A stretch of 64,000 nt of DNA from contig WTFW01000128.1 in NCBI GenBank assembly GCA_011523785.1, forward strand, positions 607 to 64,606. The letters run 5' to 3'. The first letter of the stretch is position 1. The number at the start of each line of letters is the position of its first letter. The notes beneath the pieces were generated by a model that was given only the letters and a program-made list of their open reading frames with translations, ran no database searches and had not been told where the DNA came from. Both the position numbers and the translations under genes were made by a program. This DNA is from Chloroflexota bacterium. GTDB taxonomy: Bacteria; Chloroflexota; UBA11872. Below, piece after piece: positions 29,593 to 39,605 of the stretch.

Positions 29593-30586
29593 GCCGTTCC
29601 GGCCGAGCCAGCCCGACGACATCGGAAACGGATGCAAGGCCACGGCTCTCCAGGTATGCGCCCAGGCCATCCACGATGCGCTCCGCCGCGCGCGGCTCGC
29701 GAAACGTCGTGGTGCCGACCTGCACCGCCGAGGCTCCGGCCATGAGGAACTGCAGCGCGTCGTCCGTGGTCACCACCCCGCCCATGCCAATGACGGGGAT
29801 CGACACGGCCCCAGCCGCGTCGTAGACGCACCGCACCGCCACCGGCCGGATGGCCGGACCCGAGAGACCGCCCACGCCGGCGCCCAGAAACGGCAGCGCC
29901 GCCTCCGTGTCAACCACCATCCCCAACAGGGTATTGATGAGTGACAGCGCGTCGGCTCCGGCGTCTTCGGCGGCCCGCGCTATGGGCCGCACGTCGGTGA
30001 CGTTGGGCGAGAGCTTGGCAATTACCGGAAGCGAGACGCCGCAGCGAACGGCCTGCACGGTGTGGGCTGCGGTGGCGGGGTCGGTGGAGTAGTCCAACCC
30101 GCCGGCCACGTTGGGGCAGGACAGATTGGCCTCGATGGCCACCACGTTGGGCAGCCCGTCGAAGCGGGCCGCCAGCGAGGTCCAACTCCGCGGATCGTGG
30201 GCCGCGATGCTGACGATCACCGGACAGGGCAGGTCGGCCCAGATGGGCGCCTTCTCCCGCACCGCGCCTGCGCCGCCGGGATTCGGCAGGCCGATCGAAT
30301 TCAACATGCCGGCCGGCGTCTCGATCGTGCGCGGGGTGGGATTGCCCTCGCGGGGCTCGGGCGTCACCGTTTTCGTCACGATGGCGCCAAGCGCTGCCAG
30401 ATTTACGACGTCCCGGTACTCGTCGCCGAATCCGAACGTGCCCGAGGCGGTAAGGACGGGTGCGCGCAGCCGCAGGCCGCGCGGATGGCCCGGCGCTAGG
30501 TCCACTGCGAGCGACGAAGCCTTGGAAGCGTTGGTCGTCGTGGCTCGTGCTCGCATGCGTCCGGTTGGGTCCGCCGAGGCTAGCAT
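29582..30586 (-). CDS. pyrD: Dihydroorotate dehydrogenase catalytic subunit (class 1)
   Basis: APVLTASGTFGFGDE...NSIGLPNPG motifs. An alternative start lies at the internal ATG at 30556. Confidence 0.85.
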   Translation of the reverse strand: MLASADPTGRMRARATTTNASKASSLAVDLAPGHPRGLRLRAPVLTASGTFGFGDEYRDVVNLAALGAIVTKTVTPEPREGNPTPRTIETPAGMLNSIGLPNPGGAGAVREKAPIWADLPCPVIVSIAAHDPRSWTSLAARFDGLPNVVAIEANLSCPNVAGGLDYSTDPATAAHTVQAVRCGVSLPVIAKLSPNVTDVRPIARAAEDAGADALSLINTLLGMVVDTEAALPFLGAGVGGLSGPAIRPVAVRCVYDAAGAVSIPVIGMGGVVTTDDALQFLMAGASAVQVGTTTFREPRAAERIVDGLGAYLESRGLASVSDVVGLARPERLSG

Positions 30587-30705
30587 GAGGTCAAGGTGCC
30601 GGGCGGCGTAAACTTATGTTGACTCGGAGGAAGCGCCTGCCTTAGCATCGCCACTCAGATCGTCGCCGTGGGGGCCGGTGGGCGACGCTTGCGTGGAGGC
30701 TCCCC

Positions 30706-31482
30706 ATGGCCGTGACTATCGCCATCGCTAACCAGAAGGGCGGCGTTGGCAAGACGACCACGACATCCAACCTGGCGTCCACCCTGGCGCGCGCCGGATC
30801 GCGGCTACTCGTGATCGACTGCGATCCGCAATCCAACCTCACAAGCTCGTTCGGCGTCGAGCGTGTGATGGACGCCACCCTGGCTGACGCCCTGATGAAC
30901 CGCGACGTGGAACTGCCTCGCTATCGGGTCAACGATCCGGCCGGCGGCATCGTAGACGTCGTGCCGGCCTCGCCCGAACTGGCCCGGGTGGAGTCGGCGC
31001 TGCAGACCAAGCTGGGTCGCGAACTGCGCCTGCGCGAGCACGTGCTGCGAGTCGACACGGACTACGACTACATCCTCTTTGACACCCCGCCGTCGCTGGG
31101 CGTACTGACCATCAATGCCCTGGTGGCGGCCGAGTGGGTCATCATTCCCACGGAAGCCCGCTTCTTCTCGCTGCAAGGGCTACAGATGCTGAACGAGAGC
31201 ATTGAGGAAGTCACCTTCCTCAACCCTCGGCTCAAGGTCCTGGGCATCGTACTCAGCAAGTTTGATCGCCGGCTGCGCGAAGAGAAAACCGTGGCCGAAT
31301 ACCTGCGCGAACGCTGGGGCGCCGGCGTCTTCGAGTCCGACATTCCCACCAACAGCAAGATCCTGGAAGCCGCCAGCACCGGCGTTTCCATCTTCGCGGC
31401 CGGCAGCGCCAACCGCGGCGCCCGCCGGGCGGTGTTGGCCTATGAGACGTTAGCGGAGGAGGTGCGTTCCCGTGCCGCCTAG
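30706..31482 (+). CDS. ParA/Soj/MinD-family ATPase (orphan; no parB nearby)
   Basis: Deviant Walker A IANQKGGVGKTTTTSNLA, 258 aa. Its stop lies inside the ftsZ 5' end. Confidence 0.85.
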   Translation: MAVTIAIANQKGGVGKTTTTSNLASTLARAGSRLLVIDCDPQSNLTSSFGVERVMDATLADALMNRDVELPRYRVNDPAGGIVDVVPASPELARVESALQTKLGRELRLREHVLRVDTDYDYILFDTPPSLGVLTINALVAAEWVIIPTEARFFSLQGLQMLNESIEEVTFLNPRLKVLGIVLSKFDRRLREEKTVAEYLRERWGAGVFESDIPTNSKILEAASTGVSIFAAGSANRGARRAVLAYETLAEEVRSRAA

Positions 31483-32656
31483 GGATCGCGGCGGGTTCGA
31501 TCCCAACCGCCTGGGCGACCTGCGGCGGCCGGACAACCTGGTGCCACGCATCCTGCGCAATAGCCCGGACCTGGAGTCGAGGGACCTGGTACCCGGGCTC
31601 ACCGACATTCGAGTCATCGGTGTCGGCGGCGCGGGCAACAACGCCGTCAACCGCATGGTTGCCGCCGAACTCGATGGTGTGGAGTTCATTGCGGTCAACA
31701 CCGACGCGCAGGACCTCGCCTCGTCGAACGCGCACCGGCGGCTCCTGATCGGCAGCCGTGCCACCGACCATCTGGGCTCGGGCGGCGACCCGCGCCTTGG
31801 CGAGCGCGCCGCCAGCGAGAGCAGCGACGAACTGGCCGACCTGGTGGAGGGGGCCGACATGGTCTTCATCACCGCCGGCATGGGCGGCGGTACCGGCACC
31901 GGCGCCACCCCGATCCTGGCAGACCGAGCCATGGAGGCCGGGGCCCTCGCCGTTGCCGTCGTTACGGTCCCCTTCACCTTTGAAGGCTCACGGCGCGTCC
32001 AGGTTGCCCGCCAGGGCCTGGCCGACATCGAAAGCCGCGTGGACGCTCTGATCACGGTTCACAACGACAAGTTGCTGGAACACGCCAGCGCCGGCACCGC
32101 GTTCTCCGACGCCTTCGTCATGGCCGACGAAATGCTGCATCGCGGGGTGCAGGGCGTCACCGACCTGATTACATCCACCGGCCTGGTCAACGTGGACTTT
32201 GCCGACGTGCGCTCCGTGATGCGCGACGCCGGGACGGCCATGATGGGCGTGGGTGAAGCCGCCGGCGAAGAGCGGGCACTGCGGGCGGTGCGTGAGGCCA
32301 TGGAAAGCCCGCTGCTCGAAACCTCGATCGACGATGCCCGCGGCGTCTTGATCAACATCACTGCCTCGGACGACGTGGCCATTGCCGAGATGAACGCCGC
32401 CGCCGAGCACGTAACCGCGGTTGCCGCGGCCGATGCCAACATCATCTTTGGCACGGTGGTCGACCCGCGCATGGGCCAGGCGATCCGAGTCACGCTGATC
32501 GCGACCGGGTTCGAGTCCTCGAGTACGCCGGACATTGCCCGCCCGGGGCGTGAGCGAGGCCGGAGCGCCCGCGCCACGCGCACGGCGTCACGGGAGAGCC
32601 TGGCGGACGATCAGGTCGATGTGCCCGCCTTTTTACGCCGCCGCTCGCCGTCCTAA
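31472..32656 (+). CDS. ftsZ: Cell division protein FtsZ
   Basis: GGGTGTG tubulin signature, N.D.Q motifs and the conserved C-terminal peptide DVPAFLRR. GTG start preceded by GGAGGAGG 9 nt upstream. Overlaps parA by 11 nt. Confidence 0.95.
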   Translation: MPPRDRGGFDPNRLGDLRRPDNLVPRILRNSPDLESRDLVPGLTDIRVIGVGGAGNNAVNRMVAAELDGVEFIAVNTDAQDLASSNAHRRLLIGSRATDHLGSGGDPRLGERAASESSDELADLVEGADMVFITAGMGGGTGTGATPILADRAMEAGALAVAVVTVPFTFEGSRRVQVARQGLADIESRVDALITVHNDKLLEHASAGTAFSDAFVMADEMLHRGVQGVTDLITSTGLVNVDFADVRSVMRDAGTAMMGVGEAAGEERALRAVREAMESPLLETSIDDARGVLINITASDDVAIAEMNAAAEHVTAVAAADANIIFGTVVDPRMGQAIRVTLIATGFESSSTPDIARPGRERGRSARATRTASRESLADDQVDVPAFLRRRSPS

Positions 32657-32710
32657 GCTCTTCAGGCAGAAGCGTCGCGGGCTGACCGTGGCCGAGGGAA
32701 GGTCCGACGC

Positions 32711-34741
32711 GTGACCCAGGTTCGAGACGGGAGCGAACAAGGCCGGCAATTCGCGCGCTGGCTGGCTGATCAAGCCGACGCCGGGCTCGATGCCTCCATG
32801 CTGGACGCCGGCCGGCTCCTTTTGCAGTTGCGCGCCAACCGCGCCTTCCTGCGCCACATCGAGAACGTCGGCACCACCGTGGCCGAACGTGGCGGCTCCC
32901 TCTCGGGCCTGCTGGCCACCGCGCTCGAGCGCATGGGCGCGCTGGGCGCGGCCGTGCTGCGCAACGCACCGCCATCTCGGCACGAGGCCATTGTCGACGA
33001 GCTTGTGCAGTTGCAAACGGCCGCCGTGCAGGCGCTTGTGCGCGGCTACGACGCCATCGTTCCCATCAACGCCGCGCCAACCGAACGCGAACGCTTGCTG
33101 GACAACACCGTCCGGGCGCTGGACCGGATCAACGGCGTCATCAACTCCTCCCTTGAGTTGGACGAGATTCTGCTCGCTACCGTCGAGTCCGTCTCGGATC
33201 ACCTGGGCGTCTCCGAGGTCACCATCTACCTGTACGACGAGGCCATCGACCGCCTGATCCTCAGCGCCACCCGCGCCTTCAATCCGGAGGCCGTGGGCCA
33301 GACCACCCTGGCCCTGGGCGAAGGCATCATCGGCTGGGCGGCCCAGGTCGGACAGCCGGTGGCCGTGCGCGACGCCTGGAGCGACCCCCGCTTTAAATAC
33401 GTGCCTGGCCTCGGTGAGGAAGGCCTGCGGAGCTTCCTCGTCGTCCCCATCGTCCTCTTCACGGTCGAACGCCTGATCGGCGTCCTGAGCATGGCCAGCC
33501 CGGAGTTCCGCGACTTCACCGACGAGGAAGTCCGCTTCGCCGAAATTACCGCCGGCCAACTCGCCATCGCCGTGGAGAACGCCCGCCTCCATGGACAAAC
33601 CGACGACGCCTTGCACGGCAAGATCGAGCAGCTCACCACCGTCCAGAATCTCGCCCGAACGCTCACCACGGACCTTGAGCCCGAGTCCGTGTTGGCCCAG
33701 ATCGCGCAGACCGCCGCCAATCTCATCGACGTGGACAAGGCGGCTATTTGGCAGGTGGACGCGGACGGGAAGCGCATGCGCATCGTCGCGTCGTACAACC
33801 TTGGCGACGCCTACCGTCGCCACAGCCTGGGGATCGGCGACGGGGTGGTCGGCCGCGCTGTTTCCACCCGCGCGCCGGTGGTCGTCAACGACGCCATGAA
33901 CGACCAGCGCCTGGTTGCCACGCCCGAACTTATCGCCACCGAGGGCTACGGCGCCTTGTTTAGCGTGCCGCTGATCCTGCGCGACCGCGCCGTGGGGGCC
34001 ATCAGCCTCTATAGCCCCGCGCCACATGAATACACCCGGGAACAGGTGGACCTGGCCTTCACCTTTGCCAACCACGCGGCCATTGCTATCGAGAACGCCC
34101 GGCTGTTCGAAGAGGTTCGGCAAGGCCTGGAGACCAAGTCCATCCTGCTGCAGGAAATGCACCACCGCGTCAAGAACAACATGCAGACCATCGCCTCCCT
34201 GCTTGAAATGCAGGCGCGGCGCACCGAAACCCAGGAAGCCGCCACGTTGCTCAAGCTCAGCGCCGGCCGCATCGGCGGCATGGCCCGCGTGCACGACCTG
34301 CTATCGCAGGACGCTATCGGGCAGACCACGGTGCACCAGATCATCGACTCGATGGCCGACATGCTGCGGGGCGACCTGACGGCCAGCGGTCGCCGCATCG
34401 ATATCACGGTGGAGGCCCGACCCGGCCGCATCCAATCCGAAAAGGCCACCGTCTTCGCCCTGGTGATTAACGAGCTGCTCTGGAACGCCGTGGAGCACGG
34501 CATGGCCGGCCGCACGACGGGCCGCATCCACGTCGACTCGTCGGCCCATAACGGCCGCCTGGCCATCTCGATCGAGGACGATGGCATCGGACTGCCGGAA
34601 GGCTTCAGCCTCGCACGCGATCAGGGACTCGGCCTGACCATCGTTCGCAACCTGGTCGAGCGCAACCTGGACGGCGACTTCGATATCGCCCCGCGCCAGG
34701 ACGCTACGGGCGCCGTGGCAACGCTGCGCTTTCGGCCCTAG
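32711..34741 (+). CDS. GAF-GAF sensor histidine kinase (HisKA_2/HWE-type plus HATPase_c)
   Basis: Two GAF domains, then the H-box LLQEMHHRVKNNMQTIASLL, then an ATPase domain (ELLWNAVEHG...GLGL). Confidence 0.8.
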   Translation: MTQVRDGSEQGRQFARWLADQADAGLDASMLDAGRLLLQLRANRAFLRHIENVGTTVAERGGSLSGLLATALERMGALGAAVLRNAPPSRHEAIVDELVQLQTAAVQALVRGYDAIVPINAAPTERERLLDNTVRALDRINGVINSSLELDEILLATVESVSDHLGVSEVTIYLYDEAIDRLILSATRAFNPEAVGQTTLALGEGIIGWAAQVGQPVAVRDAWSDPRFKYVPGLGEEGLRSFLVVPIVLFTVERLIGVLSMASPEFRDFTDEEVRFAEITAGQLAIAVENARLHGQTDDALHGKIEQLTTVQNLARTLTTDLEPESVLAQIAQTAANLIDVDKAAIWQVDADGKRMRIVASYNLGDAYRRHSLGIGDGVVGRAVSTRAPVVVNDAMNDQRLVATPELIATEGYGALFSVPLILRDRAVGAISLYSPAPHEYTREQVDLAFTFANHAAIAIENARLFEEVRQGLETKSILLQEMHHRVKNNMQTIASLLEMQARRTETQEAATLLKLSAGRIGGMARVHDLLSQDAIGQTTVHQIIDSMADMLRGDLTASGRRIDITVEARPGRIQSEKATVFALVINELLWNAVEHGMAGRTTGRIHVDSSAHNGRLAISIEDDGIGLPEGFSLARDQGLGLTIVRNLVERNLDGDFDIAPRQDATGAVATLRFRP

Positions 34742-35598
34742 GCGCCCGATGCCGTCTCGGGCTTGCTCCGCCCGAACACCACCACGGTGATCACCCCGGC
34801 CAGCGCCAGCAGTGCGCCGAGCACGGCGCTGGGTCCTGGAATTTCGCCGTAGAGCAGCGCACCCAGGATTACCCCGCCGGTGACCTCCTGGGTGGTGATC
34901 ACGTTGGGGATCGTCGCTCGCGCCCGCCGCAGCGCCGCGTTGAGCAGCGTATGACCCATTCCCAGCGGCACGACGCCCAGGATGACCAGAACGAGGATGC
35001 GGCCGCCGTCGTATGACGCCGGGTCAAACGAGAAGGCCGCGAACGGCAGCGCCAGTAGCGCCGCCCATCCGTAGACCGCGAACACGTAGGCCGGGAGCGG
35101 CATGGCGCCACGGTAGTAACGCCCCGCCAGCACGTAGGCCGCCAATGCCGCGCCGGACCCGGCGGCCGCCAGGTCTCCGCCAAGCGTGGCGCCGCTCGCG
35201 GCCGGCTCGAAGCCAACCAGGATCGCGATTCCGGCCACGGCCCCCAGCACGCCAACGATCTGCATGGGTCGCGGCGGCTCGCGCAGGATCAGCGCCGAGC
35301 CCAACGCCACGAGCGCCGGCGAGCCGTACACGAGGGCCAGGGTGTGGGCGGTGGTCGTCGTCTGCGCCGCCAGCGTGAACAACAGGAAGTGCGCGTAGAG
35401 CGTCGCTCCCAGGACGGCCGTTCGCCGCTCGCGAATGTGCACCAGGGAGACACCGGACGCACGTGCCAGGCCATACGCCACCAGCGTCGCCAGCCCCAGC
35501 CGCCACAGCGTCACTTCCGCCGCGCTTACCGGCGCCGCCAGGCGTGAAAGTGGGGCTCCCAGCGAGAACGCCGCCGCGGCCGCCGCGCTCAGAACCAC
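34738..35598 (-). CDS. EamA/DMT-superfamily transporter
   Basis: 10-TM duplicated EamA-like hydrophobic pattern, 286 aa. Confidence 0.65.
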   Translation of the reverse strand: MVLSAAAAAAFSLGAPLSRLAAPVSAAEVTLWRLGLATLVAYGLARASGVSLVHIRERRTAVLGATLYAHFLLFTLAAQTTTTAHTLALVYGSPALVALGSALILREPPRPMQIVGVLGAVAGIAILVGFEPAASGATLGGDLAAAGSGAALAAYVLAGRYYRGAMPLPAYVFAVYGWAALLALPFAAFSFDPASYDGGRILVLVILGVVPLGMGHTLLNAALRRARATIPNVITTQEVTGGVILGALLYGEIPGPSAVLGALLALAGVITVVVFGRSKPETASGA

Positions 35599-35618
35599 CG
35601 CGCGGCGCGTGCCCTGCG

Positions 35619-36644
35619 TCAGTGCGTCGGCCCCTCGTCCAGCCAGCGCGCGGCCTCCGGCGCCCAGTAGGTGATGATGATGTCGGCGCCCGCCCGCGCC
35701 ACCGCCGTCAGCGCCTCCAGCGCCGCCGCGCGTTCGTCCAGCCAGCCCCGCGCGGCGGCAGCCTTGATAGCCGCAAACTCGCCGCTGACCAGGTACGCCG
35801 CCAGGGGCGCGTCGTATTCGGCACGCACCCGCGCAATCACGTCCAGGTAGGTCAGCGCCGGCTTGACCATCACGATGTCAGCGCCCTCCTCAAGGTCCAG
35901 CCCAACCTCCCGCAGCGCCTCGCGCGCATTGCCGGGATCCATCTGGTACCCGCGCCGGTCCCCGAAGGCCGGGGCCGAGCCGGAGGCTTCTCGAAACGGT
36001 CCGTAGAAGGCGCTGGCGTACTTGGCGGCGTAGGCCATGATTGCCGTCTCGCCGAAGCCCTGCGCGTCCAGCACCGACCGGATCGCCCCCACGCGCCCGT
36101 CCATCATGTCCGAGGGCGCCACCACGTCCGCCCCCGCCCGCGCGTGCGAAAGCGCCACCTCGGCGATCCGCTCCACCGATGCGTCGTTGTCGATGGTCTG
36201 GCCGTTCAGCACGCCGCAATGGCCATGATCCGTGTACGCGCACAGGCACACGTCCGTGAACACCACCAGGCCCGGGCTTGTCTCCTTGATCTCACCGATA
36301 GCCCGCTGGACCGCCCCGTCCGGCGAGGACGCCTCATCGCCCTCCGGCGACTTCACCGCCGCCTGGCCGAACAACAGCACGCCCTGGATTCCGGCCGCAG
36401 CGACCTCACGAGCCGCCGCGCCGATCCGGTCCACCGATCGCTGCATCTGCCCCGGCAGCGACCCGATCTCCATCTCCATGCCCTCGCCCGGAACCACGAA
36501 CATCGGGTACAGCAACTGGTCCGCCGACAGCCGCGTCTCCCGAACCAGCCGCCGTAGGCCAGCCAACCGCCGCAACCGCCGCGGCCGATGGGCGCCCGCT
36601 TCTTCAGCATTCACCACCGGTCCACTCAGCCGTTCGCGCAGCAC
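35619..36644 (-). CDS. hemB: Porphobilinogen synthase (delta-aminolevulinic acid dehydratase)
   Basis: RPRRLRR...LVRETRLSADQLLYPMFV and active-site regions. Start set at the GTG with a GGAGG ribosome-binding site (MLRERLSGP...). Confidence 0.9.
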   Translation of the reverse strand: MLRERLSGPVVNAEEAGAHRPRRLRRLAGLRRLVRETRLSADQLLYPMFVVPGEGMEMEIGSLPGQMQRSVDRIGAAAREVAAAGIQGVLLFGQAAVKSPEGDEASSPDGAVQRAIGEIKETSPGLVVFTDVCLCAYTDHGHCGVLNGQTIDNDASVERIAEVALSHARAGADVVAPSDMMDGRVGAIRSVLDAQGFGETAIMAYAAKYASAFYGPFREASGSAPAFGDRRGYQMDPGNAREALREVGLDLEEGADIVMVKPALTYLDVIARVRAEYDAPLAAYLVSGEFAAIKAAAARGWLDERAAALEALTAVARAGADIIITYWAPEAARWLDEGPTH

Positions 36645-36842
36645 GTCACAACCTCCAGCGGCGGGGCGCAATTCTAAAGCCGGCAGCGCCCCACACCGAA
36701 CCCGCACTTTCAGGTGTACGGTGGTCCGTTACAGCAGTCTTTCGCGGCCTGGTCGTCCAGCCCCGCCGGATCCACAGCGACTGCAACGGGTCGTATCCTG
36801 AGGCCCCGCAGCCTTCGAATCTGGCAGGAAAACGTACCCGCA

Positions 36843-39560
36843 GTGAAGGGCTCCCGAAGTACTCTTCGGCTTCAAAGCGCTCTGGTATTCCTCCTCGCGG
36901 CCCTACTGGCACTTCCGGCGTTGGCGCTCGCCGACGACCCACCACCCACTTCACGGCTTGCCGGCACCGTCCTCCGCACCAGCTTCATCCAGCCCGACGC
37001 CCACCTCGCCCACAACATCCCCGATCTCCGCCTCACCGTCGGGACCGACCTCGTAACGTGCGGATTCCTTTCCCACTACCAGACCACCGGCGATCTCATA
37101 CGCTGGGGATATCCCACCTCCGAGGTCCTCGAAGAACGTCCCGGCGCCCTCACGCAGTACTACCAGCGTGGCGTCGTCGACTGTCACCTCCGCGACGGCG
37201 CCTGGCGCCTGGAGCGCCGCCTGGCCTGGGACTACCTCGGCGGCGGGATCGGCGGCTCCGTTGACCTTGGCGTTGAGCCCCACCTGCTCACTGAGCAGCC
37301 CGGCCTTGAAGCCGGTCCGTGGGGGCACCGTGTCTCCAACTTCGCTATTGACGGAACTCCGATTGGTTTCTTGGACTACTTCGAATCTCTCGGCGGCGTC
37401 CAGACCTTCGGCTTCCCCAAGTCCGAGGCCCGCTCCGACCTCGATCCCCGCGCCGTCCTCCACATTCCCGGTGCCAACCCCACCTTCATCCGCCAGTACT
37501 TCCAGGCCGCCGTCCTCGAATACCACCCCGGCACCCCCCGACCCGTCAAGCTCCGCCTCCTGGGCGACGACGTCCGCGACCTCGTTTATCCCGACGACAG
37601 CCACCTTGCCTTTCCCAGTTTCAACCCGGCTCAGCCCCTCACCGTCGGCCAGACCTTCACGCCCCACAGCCTCACCGAGCGCGCCATCCTCACCGCCCTC
37701 TACCACGCCACCGAGGGCCCCAACTGGTCAAATGGCGAACACTGGCTCAGCGACGCCCCGCTCAACGACTGGCACGGCGTCACGACCACGACCGACGGCC
37801 GGGTGGTCCAGCTCAATCTGGCGCAGAACCAGCTACGCGGTGAACTTGCGTTTCCGCTGGAGCGGCTACCGCACCTGGAGCACCTCAACCTTTCAGGCAA
37901 TCACATCGAGGGCTCCGTGCCACTCGCCCTCGGCCAACTGACCAATCTGCGGAGCCTGAACCTCGGCGGCAATCAGTTCAGCGGCAAGATCCCGGCCAGT
38001 CTCAGCGACCTAGCCGCGCTCTCCTGGCTGGATCTCAGCGGCAATCAGTTCAGCGGTCCCATTCCCGACTTCCTGGGCGGCTTCAGCCACCTCACCGTCC
38101 TCAACCTTTACGCCAATCAGCTCGTCGGCAACGTCCCGGCCGCCCTGGGCCACCTGCCGAACCTGCGGGAGTTGCGCGTCTCTGGGAACTTCCTCAACGG
38201 CTGTCTCGACCGCGCCCTGCGCCGCATCCCCAGCCACGACCTGGGCGAACTCATCGAGCGCTTCTGCGACGAGGTCCCCGACAGCACTCAGACGAACGCC
38301 GCCACCGACCGCGCCGCCCTCGAGGCCTTCTACTACGCCACCGGCGGCCCCGCCTGGAACAACAGCAACCTCTGGCTCAGCAGCGCCCCGCTCCAGGCCT
38401 GGCACGGCATCTGGACGAATGCCGACGGACGCGTCACCAACATCTCGCTCAAAAGCAACAACCTGCGCGGCGTGATGCCATCCAGGCTGGGCGACCTCGC
38501 CTACCTCAGAGGCATCGAAATACGGGAAAACAAGCTGCGCGGGGTCATTCCGCCCGGACTCGGGAGGGCCAAGGAGTTGGACTGGTTGAACCTCTCCGGC
38601 AACCAGATGGAGGGCACCATCCCCGACAGCCTGCAGGGGCTGACCAAGTTCCGAAGGCTGAGCCTTGAAAACAACAGCTTCGAGGGCGAGATCCCCGCCT
38701 GGCTCGGCAACTTTCCCCGGCTGCGAGTCCTGAGCCTCTACGACAATCAGTTTCGAGGGCATATACCGTCCGAACTCGGCAACATCACGGACCTGGACAA
38801 CCTCCTTCTGCACAACAATCAGCTCTCCGGCGAAATCCCCGCCTCGCTCGGCAACCCGCTTGGGCTGACCAGTATCGTGCTTTCAGGCAACCGGCTGACA
38901 GGACAAATTCCTCCCCAATTGGGTCGCATTGGATTCCTCAGCACCCTGGCACTGGATCGAAATCGGCTGACCGGCGAGCTTCCGCCCGAACTCGGTCACA
39001 TCCACAACCTGAGTAATCTGAACCTCACAGGCAACAACCTGCACGGCGAGATTCCGTCGACATTTAGCGGACTGACGCGGATGTATCGGCTCAGGCTCGG
39101 CAACAACCGCCTCAGCGGTGAGATTCCGGCTTATCTCGGCAACCCGGTAGAACTCCGAGTCCTGGACCTGTCCAGCAATCAATTCAGCGGGACCATCCCC
39201 GCCAACCTCTCCAGCGCGTCCAAACTGAACGAGTTGCGTCTCTCCGGGAATCATCTCTCCGGCCCGATCCCCCCGGAACTCGGCCGGCTGTTCCACCTCA
39301 CGAGTCTGACGCTCCACACCAACGGGTTGCAGGGACATATCCCGGCCGAGCTGGGCAACCTCACCCAACTCACCCAGCTGACCCTGGACCACAACCAGCT
39401 GACGGGCGACATCCCGCCGGCCCTCATCCGCCTGCTGAACCTGGAGACGCTGAGCCTGTCAGGCAACTTCCTGACCGGCTGTGTGCCGGTCACTTGGCGC
39501 GACATCCGCCAACACGACCTGCCGGCGCTCGGGCTTCCCTTCTGCGACGAGGTGAACTGA
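36843..39560 (+). CDS. Secreted leucine-rich-repeat protein with plant-type LRRs, duplicated N-cap/LRR/C-cap modules and an N-terminal domain of unknown function
   Basis: Signal-peptide-like LRLQSALVFLLAALLALPALALA. Two modules each start with a ...W.GV....GRV..L.L..N.L.G cap, run about 10 x 24-residue LxxLxLxxNxLSGxIPxxLGxL repeats, and end with GNFLxGC...HDL...FCDEV. Start set at the GTG at 36843; the track ORF begins at 36714. Confidence 0.8.
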   Translation: MKGSRSTLRLQSALVFLLAALLALPALALADDPPPTSRLAGTVLRTSFIQPDAHLAHNIPDLRLTVGTDLVTCGFLSHYQTTGDLIRWGYPTSEVLEERPGALTQYYQRGVVDCHLRDGAWRLERRLAWDYLGGGIGGSVDLGVEPHLLTEQPGLEAGPWGHRVSNFAIDGTPIGFLDYFESLGGVQTFGFPKSEARSDLDPRAVLHIPGANPTFIRQYFQAAVLEYHPGTPRPVKLRLLGDDVRDLVYPDDSHLAFPSFNPAQPLTVGQTFTPHSLTERAILTALYHATEGPNWSNGEHWLSDAPLNDWHGVTTTTDGRVVQLNLAQNQLRGELAFPLERLPHLEHLNLSGNHIEGSVPLALGQLTNLRSLNLGGNQFSGKIPASLSDLAALSWLDLSGNQFSGPIPDFLGGFSHLTVLNLYANQLVGNVPAALGHLPNLRELRVSGNFLNGCLDRALRRIPSHDLGELIERFCDEVPDSTQTNAATDRAALEAFYYATGGPAWNNSNLWLSSAPLQAWHGIWTNADGRVTNISLKSNNLRGVMPSRLGDLAYLRGIEIRENKLRGVIPPGLGRAKELDWLNLSGNQMEGTIPDSLQGLTKFRRLSLENNSFEGEIPAWLGNFPRLRVLSLYDNQFRGHIPSELGNITDLDNLLLHNNQLSGEIPASLGNPLGLTSIVLSGNRLTGQIPPQLGRIGFLSTLALDRNRLTGELPPELGHIHNLSNLNLTGNNLHGEIPSTFSGLTRMYRLRLGNNRLSGEIPAYLGNPVELRVLDLSSNQFSGTIPANLSSASKLNELRLSGNHLSGPIPPELGRLFHLTSLTLHTNGLQGHIPAELGNLTQLTQLTLDHNQLTGDIPPALIRLLNLETLSLSGNFLTGCVPVTWRDIRQHDLPALGLPFCDEVN

Positions 39561-39605
39561 GCCTCGCCGGGGGGCTACGTCCGGGGAGAACTTCCGACGT
39601 CAAGG

